Virus record (IMG/VR): IMGVR_UViG_3300029305_004678
Span: 32,001 to 96,000 of that record
Direction: 5' to 3' (one strand)
Length of the DNA stretch: 64,000 bases
Source: a virus
Lineage: Duplodnaviria; Caudoviricetes
Shown: positions 1 through 8,270 of the stretch, piece by piece
How positions within the stretch are numbered: the first letter of the stretch is position 1
Layout of the letters: the number at the start of each line of letters is the position of its first letter
The notes under the pieces: generated by a model
Told to the model about the DNA's origin: nothing
What the model saw: only the letters and a program-made list of their open reading frames with translations
Databases searched by the model: none
Program-made: the position numbers and the translations under genes

Positions 1-491
1 TATTTGCTGCTGAAGAATGCATTAATGAATTTCTTATTTACATAATAAAAATTCATGTATCTCATGTATTCTAATATAGATAAGCCATCTATACTCTTAA
101 TACCTATTTTATTCAAAGAACTTAGAGTAGATATTGCACATCGTATGATACTTATGCCTTTAACATTAACCAATACGTCTTTTTCATTAAGATACTCAAA
201 TATTTCAGCTTCGCTTGGAGCATCTCCGCATGCAGCTTTTATATCTAATTCAAATAATGATTCTAAGTACAATTTCAAAATATTTCTGTCAGACAATTTG
301 GAGAATTCAAATCTATTTACTATACACGCTTTAATTCTATCTGGAATACTATCTAGATTAAAGAATTGAAGAGTTTTATACTCTATATTTGATTTAGATG
401 AAAGAGCATAAACTATTATAATCTCATCAAGTTTAGTCATACTTTCAACAGAAATCACACAATTCTCAACCGTCATTGCTGCTTTATTCAT
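1..491 (-). CDS. Hypothetical early protein, 3' end runs off the window
   Basis: ATG at 491 with RBS GAAAGGA; frame open to the window edge; TATATTAT motif at 553-560. Confidence 0.7.
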   Translation of the reverse strand, partial: MNKAAMTVENCVISVESMTKLDEIIIVYALSSKSNIEYKTLQFFNLDSIPDRIKACIVNRFEFSKLSDRNILKLYLESLFELDIKAACGDAPSEAEIFEYLNEKDVLVNVKGISIIRCAISTLSSLNKIGIKSIDGLSILEYMRYMNFYYVNKKFINAFFSSK

Positions 492-589
492 ATTCTTAAT
501 TCATCCTTTCATTTTTATGCTTGTTTTAAATTCTTTCGTATTTTCCATTCCCATAATATATAAATCTATAATAGGAAATTTACAAAAAA

Positions 590-624
590 AAAATATGGTG
601 GAGATAATTTCTCCACCATATTTT
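590..624 (-). terminator. Intrinsic terminator
   Basis: aaaatatggtggaga/tctccaccatatttt plus U-tract. Confidence 0.8.
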
Positions 625-625
625 A

Positions 626-1090
626 TTAATCATTAATTCCAACTTTAAATGTCATGATAACCTTTGTACCCTTATCAGGTGTGGTTGTTGATACTTCAAA
701 TTCATCACAGAGAGAATCCATAATCGTGAAACCCATACCAGAAAATCCCTCTTTACTAGACCATCCAGATTGGAATGCTTGTTCAAGATTCTGAATTCCA
801 CAACCATTATCAATTATTGTAATTACAAGAGTATTATTATTTCTATAATTACAAATAATATGAACCATACCAGGAAATTCTTCAGTATATGCATGCTCTT
901 TGATATTGGTTATAGCTTCTCCTACACATGATAATATATTACTTATTTTCTCTAGACTAATTCCTATTATGTTTTCTTTGCAGAAAGCTTCAATTGTCAT
1001 AGTAGGCTTTAGATGATCATAATAATTGGTCATAAAGCTCAGGTGCATAGTAATATTACTTAGTAAGATACATTTTGATGGCTGTTTCAT
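626..1090 (-). CDS. spoIIAB: SpoIIAB-like anti-sigma factor / Ser kinase (GHKL ATPase fold)
   Basis: N-box EAITNIKEHAY, G1 DNGCGI, G2 SGMGFTIMD, KGTKV; N-terminal MHLSF resembles SpoIIAB MHLEF. Confidence 0.85.
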   Translation of the reverse strand: MKQPSKCILLSNITMHLSFMTNYYDHLKPTMTIEAFCKENIIGISLEKISNILSCVGEAITNIKEHAYTEEFPGMVHIICNYRNNNTLVITIIDNGCGIQNLEQAFQSGWSSKEGFSGMGFTIMDSLCDEFEVSTTTPDKGTKVIMTFKVGIND

Positions 1091-1096
1091 AATAAA

Positions 1097-1486
1097 TTAC
1101 TCCTTTATCTTTTTCATATTGATAATTAAATAATCACCTTTTACATCCATAGAATGAGCTTCATAGTTTAAAGGAATTGGATAATCTTTTAGATGATCAA
1201 CATCGAAATCTTTTACCCTTCCTTTAAATAATACAATACCTAGAATAGTTCTAACTAATACCTTTGGATTAGTAGATTCAAAGCATTCTAGAAAGTTGAT
1301 AAGATCTTCTACCTGCTCTGGTAGATCTTCACAGTCACAATCAGGCGTAGACTCTTCATCATTGTGTATAAGAATATTTTTAAAGTCTTCAGCGAGTGTA
1401 CCAAAACATGAAGATATAGTTATTGACTCGACTTCATGTAATGATTTAGTATTTATGTCTTTTACAGTTTTCATAAAAGATAACAT
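1097..1486 (-). CDS. Hypothetical protein, co-transcribed with the anti-sigma gene
   Basis: 129-aa ORF, RBS GAAAGGA, CATATTAT upstream. Confidence 0.7.
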   Translation of the reverse strand: MLSFMKTVKDINTKSLHEVESITISSCFGTLAEDFKNILIHNDEESTPDCDCEDLPEQVEDLINFLECFESTNPKVLVRTILGIVLFKGRVKDFDVDHLKDYPIPLNYEAHSMDVKGDYLIINMKKIKE

Positions 1487-1570
1487 CCTTTCTAAATATT
1501 TTCATATCTATAATATGTATCTAAATAAAAAATAAAGGCTACTAGAGGGATCCCTCTAGTAGCATTAATT

Positions 1571-3244
1571 TTAGAAAACAGGTGCAGAGATTTTTTCTTT
1601 ATCCGCATCTAGACACAATGTCAAACTATATAAGCTCTGAATAGCTTCTTTATCAGAAGTTCTAACACCCTTACCACCAAGATTAAAGTAGTGAGCTTTA
1701 GATTTAAGCTGTTCAGCAAGCTCTGCATTTGTCTCTTCTGTAAAGGCTCCCTTTACGGTTACCTGGTCACCATCATAATCTCCACCTATTCCATCTAGAT
1801 ATAGATTACTAATATTCAAAGTATCAATAAATTTATTAGAAGTATTAGTACCAATATCTTCTTGACGAATATAGGGATAATTTTTATAGAATTTACTACC
1901 TACAACCATAGGTTCAGTTCTTGTGGTAGAAGCTATTTTAATCTTGGTTGGAAACTGATTAAAATAAGTGTCTATAGGATACCTGGTAATCAGTATATGT
2001 TTATCTTTTGTAGCTTCTACTGCTGCTTGATAGAGTATATCACACCAAGTTAAGTCTCGTTCCATTATAGGCATCTTACCTATATCAGATTTTGCATACT
2101 CTTCAGCAGTCATATTATATCCTTTAAATCTATAGCGTACAGTAATACCTTCTACTGTAGGAACTTCTAAAGGAATAAATCTATTTGAGAAACCTGTCAA
2201 AAATCTATCTATTTCTTTCTTAATTCTTTCATCAGAAAATTCTACTTGATAATCTTTCGGATGTAAATAGGTTATACTCTTATCTTTATTTATATAGGGT
2301 ATAACCGCATCTCCAGAGAACTCATTTTCAAACATTCTTCTCACATGATATACTATGAACGGAAGGAAGTTTGCACAAGCAGATGCTAACGGAAGTACAG
2401 AATAATCGAGATCTGCTTCTACATCCTCTAACCGTTCAACCTTGAGTTCTGGAGCCGATAGAACTAGACGAGTAGCATAGTCTGTTGTTTTGGACATAAC
2501 ACCCTGTCTAATAATACCAAATTTGCCAGGAATAAGATTGCTAGTTTTCTCGCCATTTATAGTAGTACCAGATCCAAACCAGTCGTATATTTGAACAAGA
2601 GTTTCCTGTATACGACCACGAGTAGCAGAAGTTAGATTTAAACCATATTCGGAGGACTCTCTAAGAGCTCTAACAGAGATCAACAAAGACCTATACAATT
2701 CATTGATTGCTCCTAAAGATACTTTGCCTTTATCGTTATTAACGTCTCTATAGAATGCTGGGCATACTATATATTTCTTAATAAACATTTCAGGCTTACC
2801 GATATAGCTCTCTATAAAGTCTACACGCATGTCTCTTTGTTTAGATCCAGTACGCTTAATCTTAATTTTCTTAATATTGTCTCTAAGAAACCTAATACCA
2901 TTATCACCATTTTCCGGATCTTCTTCAAGTTCACCCTTATCATTTATCTTGAAATATTTTATACCATGAACGCATGCTTTAACATTAGAATCAACTTTGC
3001 ACCACATCTTATAAATTAGAGGGTTTAAAAACTCCTCATGAAGATCGATGTATGCAAATGTATTAGCGCGATCATATTTGGTAATTCCAAATATTTCATT
3101 AGATAATAATCCATCAGAGGTAGGAACTGAATTTCGAACGAATGAAATGGGATTGGTAATCTCTTTGAGATCATTGACTTTTACCAGTCTTTCGGGGTCT
3201 ATAAGACTCACTCTAAGGTGATCACCCCTTATTAAATCTGGCAT
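1571..3244 (-). CDS. Phage multisubunit RNA polymerase beta' N-terminal/catalytic subunit (probably virion RNAP)
   Basis: DGLLSNEIFG, TTDYATRLVLS, LITRYP, catalytic GGDYDGDQ, SDKEAIQSLYSLT; start MPDL at 3244 with RBS AGAGGTGA. Confidence 0.92.
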   Translation of the reverse strand: MPDLIRGDHLRVSLIDPERLVKVNDLKEITNPISFVRNSVPTSDGLLSNEIFGITKYDRANTFAYIDLHEEFLNPLIYKMWCKVDSNVKACVHGIKYFKINDKGELEEDPENGDNGIRFLRDNIKKIKIKRTGSKQRDMRVDFIESYIGKPEMFIKKYIVCPAFYRDVNNDKGKVSLGAINELYRSLLISVRALRESSEYGLNLTSATRGRIQETLVQIYDWFGSGTTINGEKTSNLIPGKFGIIRQGVMSKTTDYATRLVLSAPELKVERLEDVEADLDYSVLPLASACANFLPFIVYHVRRMFENEFSGDAVIPYINKDKSITYLHPKDYQVEFSDERIKKEIDRFLTGFSNRFIPLEVPTVEGITVRYRFKGYNMTAEEYAKSDIGKMPIMERDLTWCDILYQAAVEATKDKHILITRYPIDTYFNQFPTKIKIASTTRTEPMVVGSKFYKNYPYIRQEDIGTNTSNKFIDTLNISNLYLDGIGGDYDGDQVTVKGAFTEETNAELAEQLKSKAHYFNLGGKGVRTSDKEAIQSLYSLTLCLDADKEKISAPVF

Positions 3245-3261
3245 ATAAGCATCACCTCTTT

Positions 3262-3273
3262 TATTAATATGTG
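3262..3273 (-). promoter_or_regulatory. Late promoter variant CACA-N6-TA (also 54757); AACT variants at 10881 (+) and 18971 (-)
   Basis: Same spacing and position as the consensus copies. Confidence 0.6.
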
Positions 3274-3300
3274 AATTAAGTGGACAATAAAAGGAAAAAC

Positions 3301-3600
3301 AAAAAAAAAATAGTGGAGAGTGTTGTACACTCTCCATCTACTTCTTTATTGACTTTTCGACATCCCATAGTAGCGATTACGAGGAATACAGTCAATCACC
3401 TCTACAACTACTAATTGCTACGTCACTTTTGGGAACTATTAGTACCTGCGCAGGTAACTGGTTGATGTCACTAGTCCCCATAATGACTTATAATCAACCT
3501 GGTAGGATTTGCTCGTATTTATCGCCTCAATCACCTACCTTTATAGATGAGGCGTTTATTTTGAAGATATAGATATTTCCAATTGAAATATAATACCTTC
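3301..3600 (-). ncRNA. Candidate structured ncRNA: 5' hairpin, three tandem pseudoknots, intrinsic terminator
   Basis: No ORF; own AACA-N6-TG promoter (3600-3611); three stem-loops whose loops pair 6-7 bp with downstream segments; terminator with U10. Confidence 0.7.
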
Positions 3601-3625
3601 AAATATATGTTTATTAATTAATAAT

Positions 3626-3656
3626 AAAAAGGTAGGAATTAAATTCCTACCTTTTT
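3626..3656. terminator. Bidirectional terminator insulating the ncRNA
   Basis: aaaaaggtaggaatt/aattcctaccttttt. Confidence 0.8.
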
Positions 3657-3657
3657 A

Positions 3658-3960
3658 TTATATCTTTGTAATTACTGTAGTAATGGAAGATCCGGAAAGA
3701 GTCATACCAATAATGAAACGGTCACTGTATACAGAGAACTCCATATTGTTTAAGCTATTATATAGCTCTGTTGCACTTTCTTCACAATCCATCAAAAGTA
3801 TAAATTTTACAGTATCATTTGAACTATCTGTACAGATTTCAATATCCTGCCTACTGCCAACCAGGTTGTATAAAACCATTATTTCATCAAAATAATTAGT
3901 TACTATGTAGGGGATATTATCTGAATTTAGATTATGGACAAAGTCTTTAGTGGTTCCCAT
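3658..3960 (-). CDS. Hypothetical protein
   Basis: Start MGTTK at 3960 with GGAGG RBS. Confidence 0.7.
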   Translation of the reverse strand: MGTTKDFVHNLNSDNIPYIVTNYFDEIMVLYNLVGSRQDIEICTDSSNDTVKFILLMDCEESATELYNSLNNMEFSVYSDRFIIGMTLSGSSITTVITKI

Positions 3961-3964
3961 AGTA

Positions 3965-4231
3965 TTAGAATATTCCTCCTTCCGCGAAATCTTCAAAAGC
4001 TTCTTCCATAGCTTCAGCCGCTAAGGGGGATATAGTTTGGTTTTGGTTAGGTTGATTGTTTACATCAGTTGGCGGTTGTCGGTTTATTTGAGGATACTTA
4101 GGACCGCCCTTTCCATTTGCTTTTTCTTTTTCTTCTTTCTCTTGTCGTTCTTTCTCTGCCTTAGCTTGAGCTTCGGCACGAAGATACACTATGCGATAGA
4201 GTTCATGAAGCTCGTTGAAAGGGCGGTCCAT
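3965..4231 (-). CDS. Small gp51-like / tail-chaperone C-terminal ORF, possibly expressed by -1 frameshift from the upstream gene
   Basis: Frame open back to ~4333; no RBS at the ATG; SIQDLMDRPFNELHELY followed by a charged helix. Confidence 0.55.
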   Translation of the reverse strand: MDRPFNELHELYRIVYLRAEAQAKAEKERQEKEEKEKANGKGGPKYPQINRQPPTDVNNQPNQNQTISPLAAEAMEEAFEDFAEGGIF

Positions 4232-4287
4232 AAGATCTTGTATAGATACACGTCCTTTTAAAAAAGACGCTATCGATTCTACAAATT

Positions 4288-6111
4288 CTACATATTGCCG
4301 ATAGCTGCTAACTGATGCCGTGTAAAAAGCATTCTATCAGGAGTAATATTTTCTTCAGCGGGAATCTCAGTAGCACAATCGGGACAGGTACAAGCAGGAA
4401 TCATATAAGTAACCTGCTCACCCGGCTTATCATATTCCTTAATAGCTGCACCCAGGTTGAAATACTCTTCAGATGTCAACTGCTGGATAATGTCATAGAA
4501 TACTTTAATACGTCTAGCAGATGTCTTGGCCTGATCATTGTGATCTGGCTTAGTATCTACAGGAACTAGAGTCTGGTTAACATTGTCAATGTAGTAGATA
4601 CTATCAATATATGCAACAACATCAACAAGATCACCATGCTTCTCAAGGAAGCTATCAGACAGGCTAGCAGTCTCGATGATAACGTTCCATACAGAAGGAG
4701 CACGCAGACCAAATACATAAGAATCAGAGATCTGAACTAGATCGACAGGGTAAGTATCTTTGCTGGGAGAAGTGGTATCCAACTTCAGAATATCCTGAAC
4801 CTTCTTCTTTGCAGCATCATCAGCATACTTAACCATATCTTTGAATTCAATATCCTTAATGAATACCTTGTTACATTTATTGTTGGGGCAGCTAAAGCTC
4901 AGGAAGTTAGAACCACCAAATGTAGCCATATAGAGAGCAAAATAGATATGCTGAAGGTCGATAAATCTAACCTGCTTCAACCATGTCTCGAACTCTGGTT
5001 TATTAGCATCATATAAGTGGTCATAGATAACGCGATACATATCACGGAAAGTATTCAATCTATTACGATTAGAATTTTCGGGATTCAGTTTAAGAATTTC
5101 AGGACCAGACAGGCCTGTAACAGAAACAGGACGCTCTGCGGTAAACATAACCCAGTCTGCCACATTTCTGTGTGTCTGAACTGCAAGGCGCATAACCTTC
5201 TGAGCAGACTCGGACTTCTTTGCAATTGTAAATGCAGTCAGATCGATCTTATTACGAATAGGAGTAATTCTCTGCTTAACCTCAGCCTTCAGATCTTCAA
5301 TGATCTTATCACCATCTATGGTAGCAGAATCAGAATTTTCTGTTTCCTCTTCGAATAATTCTTCATTGGAAGTATGATCAAGAATTCTAAATGAGGGCTC
5401 AACAACGGTAGTTGCAGCTTCTTCCTTGGTAGGCTCATCAATAAAGGGCAGATCCTTAATCATTCCAACACGAGTAGATGCTGCAATATTTGCATCATTT
5501 CTCATAAATTCATCACCAGTTTTTTCTGTTAAAGGATTATAAGGTACAGTTGTTGAATTGGGATCAGCATGTGCAGAAGATGCCGAATCTTCTACCATAT
5601 TATGATTGATATGATTCATTTTAAAGTGATGATCATCTACTACATCAATATTTTCATCATCATATAAACCAAGATCATCATCTTCATCGATACTGGGAGC
5701 AATTCCCATATTAGTATTTACATTCTCAGCATCTTCAGCTTCCTGACGTTCCTCTTCCTGCTTAGAAGCAAGTTCTTCATGAAACTGAGAAATTCTATTT
5801 ATTTCTCTATCAACGGCAGCATCCAAATCAGCCATAATAGGATTATTTTCTGTCGACACACTAGCGGGTCTGCTAGGGAGTATCTGATGAATATCAACAG
5901 CCTGAGCATTAGAAAAATCTACAGGACCGTGGTTAATAGCTGTAGCTCTATACTGCTTTGCAGAATCTTCCTGATCGGGATTTGCTGTGGTAGCTTGCTG
6001 AGTCTTTGCAACATTATTAGGATTTTTTGCGGTGAGATCAAAACTCACACCAGAACCCGTGCGAGGTGCTTTAGACATCATTTCTTCTAAAGTAATTCTT
6101 TCATCAATCAT
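4288..6111 (-). CDS. T4 gp26-like baseplate hub assembly / tail chaperone with long acidic N-terminus
   Basis: Two Cys motifs (CPNNKC, CPDC) in the C-terminal domain; next to a gp25-like gene. Confidence 0.55.
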   Translation of the reverse strand: MIDERITLEEMMSKAPRTGSGVSFDLTAKNPNNVAKTQQATTANPDQEDSAKQYRATAINHGPVDFSNAQAVDIHQILPSRPASVSTENNPIMADLDAAVDREINRISQFHEELASKQEEERQEAEDAENVNTNMGIAPSIDEDDDLGLYDDENIDVVDDHHFKMNHINHNMVEDSASSAHADPNSTTVPYNPLTEKTGDEFMRNDANIAASTRVGMIKDLPFIDEPTKEEAATTVVEPSFRILDHTSNEELFEEETENSDSATIDGDKIIEDLKAEVKQRITPIRNKIDLTAFTIAKKSESAQKVMRLAVQTHRNVADWVMFTAERPVSVTGLSGPEILKLNPENSNRNRLNTFRDMYRVIYDHLYDANKPEFETWLKQVRFIDLQHIYFALYMATFGGSNFLSFSCPNNKCNKVFIKDIEFKDMVKYADDAAKKKVQDILKLDTTSPSKDTYPVDLVQISDSYVFGLRAPSVWNVIIETASLSDSFLEKHGDLVDVVAYIDSIYYIDNVNQTLVPVDTKPDHNDQAKTSARRIKVFYDIIQQLTSEEYFNLGAAIKEYDKPGEQVTYMIPACTCPDCATEIPAEENITPDRMLFTRHQLAAIGNM

Positions 6112-6129
6112 TTTTGTTTCCTCCTTTAA

Positions 6130-6510
6130 TTATAGATCAATCAGTTTGGTATAACCACTCTGAACGACTGTTGTATTTGTATCATAATAAATTCCATATA
6201 AAGTATCATCTATCTGTACAGAAATTTGGAATTGTTTATTTTTTTCTGTAACAGTTATTTGTGCGCCTTGAAATTGTGGTAAATATTTCTCAACTTGCCG
6301 CTGATACTCTCCTTGTAGTTGAACTCCTGCCCCTTCTACAGAATATCTATATTTAGATATGAGTCCAACTCCCATATCGGGATGTGATTGAATAGTTCCT
6401 GGCTCTAAAAGCAATAATCTTACCAATAGAGTAGAAACAGCTTCTGCATTTTTATAAATTTTCGGATTTTTGAAATCATCTACAGAAAACCCAAATTCGG
6501 TAATAGCCAA
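6130..6510 (-). CDS. Baseplate wedge protein, gp25/GpW-like
   Basis: LVRLLLLEPGTIQSHPDMGVGL signature; 126 aa; TTG start with GGAGG RBS. Confidence 0.75.
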   Translation of the reverse strand: MAITEFGFSVDDFKNPKIYKNAEAVSTLLVRLLLLEPGTIQSHPDMGVGLISKYRYSVEGAGVQLQGEYQRQVEKYLPQFQGAQITVTEKNKQFQISVQIDDTLYGIYYDTNTTVVQSGYTKLIDL

Positions 6511-6538
6511 TATACCATCCTCCTGTAGTAGAATTTTA

Positions 6539-6658
6539 TTAATCTGTTGTAGTAGTTAAAAAATACTCCCAAAAACCTGGCTTTTCAGTAACATATATGT
6601 AAGGGTTACTCAAATTGCCGTAATGGGTAGTCCGGTTCGCGGGATTGTTGTTTTTCAT
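6539..6658 (-). CDS. Small ORF, 39 aa (MKNNNPANRTTHYGNLSNPYIYVTEKPGFWEYFLTTTTD)
   Basis: TAGGAGGT RBS 6 nt before ATG; translated by hand. Confidence 0.4.
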   Translation of the reverse strand: MKNNNPANRTTHYGNLSNPYIYVTEKPGFWEYFLTTTTD

Positions 6659-6669
6659 TTTGATACCTC

Positions 6670-6702
6670 CTAAAAAATATATTTCTTTTCGTTCATTTTC
6701 AT
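6670..6702 (-). CDS. Micro-ORF, 10 aa (MKMNEKKYIF)
   Basis: AAGGAGGTG RBS; its stop codon overlaps the next RBS. Confidence 0.3.
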   Translation of the reverse strand: MKMNEKKYIF

Positions 6703-6781
6703 GTACACCTCCTTTTTCTTTGTTGTAGATACAAGACAGCTGTAGAAATACAGCTGTCTTGTCTTTGTTTCAAACACCCTC

Positions 6782-6793
6782 AACATAGTTGTA
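6782..6793 (+). promoter_or_regulatory. Late promoter AACA-N6-TA; other + strand copies at 15436, 24553, 28381, 48705, 52461, 59613, 60656
   Basis: Fixed spacing, just upstream of RBSs; matches the AR9 nvRNAP consensus. Confidence 0.8.
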
Positions 6794-6821
6794 ATAATAT
6801 TTAGGGAGGATCTATTAAGGT

Positions 6822-8270
6822 ATGAGCACACCAAATTATAAGACTTCCAAGAAGTATAAATGTCCTTATTGTGATTATAAGGGAATTAGATCTGATGTAA
6901 TAAATCATGTAGATAAAAAACATGAAGATCTTATCCCGCAAGGATACACTGCAGCTAGAGCTGTATATGATTTTATAAATCATACAGATCATGGTACTTG
7001 TATGATTTGTAAATCTCCTGTATATGAATGGAATACAAAGATTAATAGGTATTATAATCTTTGTAAGAATCCTGCATGCAAAGCTAAAGTTAGAGAAATT
7101 GCCTTAGAAAGGCATATGAAGGTATATAATAAACCTCATCTATTAGATGACCCTGAACAGCAAGAGAAGATGCTAGCCAATAGAAAAATTTCTGGTACAT
7201 ATACATTCAAAGATGGAATAAAGCATACATACACTGGTACTTATGAGAAAAATGCTTTAGAGTTTATGGATAAAGTGCTAGATATTCCTGGTAAAGACAT
7301 TCAATCTCCTGGTCCTGTTCTTGAGTATGAATATGGTGGAAAAACTCATAAGTGGATTACTGATATCTACTATATTCCTGCAAATTTGCTTATTGAAGTT
7401 AAAGACGGTGGATCTAATCCTAATAATAGATCTATGCAGTCTTACAGAGAGAAACAGGTTGCAAAAGAAACTATGGTTACATCTCTTGGTACGTTTAATT
7501 ATATCCGTTTGACGAATAATGACTTCTCTCAGTTATTAGAAATTCTCGCCGATATGAAAGAGGGAGCTTTAACAGAAGATGATGATTCTCGTAATATGAG
7601 AATCAGAATAAATGAAGAGGTTGGTGGGCTTCCTCCCCATCGCCCTCCAGAAGCTTATATTATTCCATATGGTATGAATAATGTTTTTGATGGATTCGCT
7701 TATGGAGATTCTGAAAGCGATGATATTGCTATTGTAGATGAAGACTATAAATCAGTTACCATGAGTCGAGAAGACTTTGAGAAAAAATATACAGTTCCTG
7801 ATATAGCACTTATCTATAATGAAGCTGATACTATGGAAAAAATAAAGGCTATTAAGAATGAAATAGGTACTGGCCGCTGCGTTAATCGTTTACATTTTGT
7901 TGAAATGATTATTGGTCGTCCTCTTCGTTGCTTCGAGCAAATCTTAATGAATGAATACTTTAAGCTTTATGATGATAAAAAAGAAAAGCAAATAAATAAA
8001 TTAATTGAAAATGGTGTAGTTATGCAATCTAAGGAGATTGTAACAGGAAGAGATATATCCGAATATAACGTGGTTAAACGTATCGGTGTTGTTTCTATCC
8101 ATCATACTCCTAATGGATTTTATGCTTCTACTCCTAATGATTTTTCTATGGCTAGTGAATATTTTCCAACACTAGAAGATTTAGAGAGATCCGATGTAGT
8201 TTCTCTTATGAATAATGTATTTAATTCTCGATTCAAAACACCTATACAGGATGGTGATAGTAATGCCTAA
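6822..8270 (+). CDS. Zn-finger plus PD-(D/E)XK (TnsA/gp4-like) nuclease-domain protein
   Basis: CPYC..H..H, CMIC, WITDIYY...LLIEVKDG. Confidence 0.65.
   Translation: MSTPNYKTSKKYKCPYCDYKGIRSDVINHVDKKHEDLIPQGYTAARAVYDFINHTDHGTCMICKSPVYEWNTKINRYYNLCKNPACKAKVREIALERHMKVYNKPHLLDDPEQQEKMLANRKISGTYTFKDGIKHTYTGTYEKNALEFMDKVLDIPGKDIQSPGPVLEYEYGGKTHKWITDIYYIPANLLIEVKDGGSNPNNRSMQSYREKQVAKETMVTSLGTFNYIRLTNNDFSQLLEILADMKEGALTEDDDSRNMRIRINEEVGGLPPHRPPEAYIIPYGMNNVFDGFAYGDSESDDIAIVDEDYKSVTMSREDFEKKYTVPDIALIYNEADTMEKIKAIKNEIGTGRCVNRLHFVEMIIGRPLRCFEQILMNEYFKLYDDKKEKQINKLIENGVVMQSKEIVTGRDISEYNVVKRIGVVSIHHTPNGFYASTPNDFSMASEYFPTLEDLERSDVVSLMNNVFNSRFKTPIQDGDSNA

Noticed and set aside
3245-3337. N-terminal extension of beta' in the ORF track (similar extensions at 30716, 43428, 8215, 28394)
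   Set aside because: Extensions cross promoters or terminators or overlap neighbours; downstream ATGs generally have better RBSs
3301-3600. tmRNA, tRNA or known ribozyme identity for the pseudoknotted RNA
   Set aside because: No acceptor stem, T-loop or CCA; no convincing pistol, HDV or hammerhead core by eye; left unclassified
6822-8270. Mobile homing endonuclease or transposase
   Set aside because: Has its own late promoter, is coupled to a probable virion gene, and shows no terminal repeats; more likely a core morphogenesis nuclease
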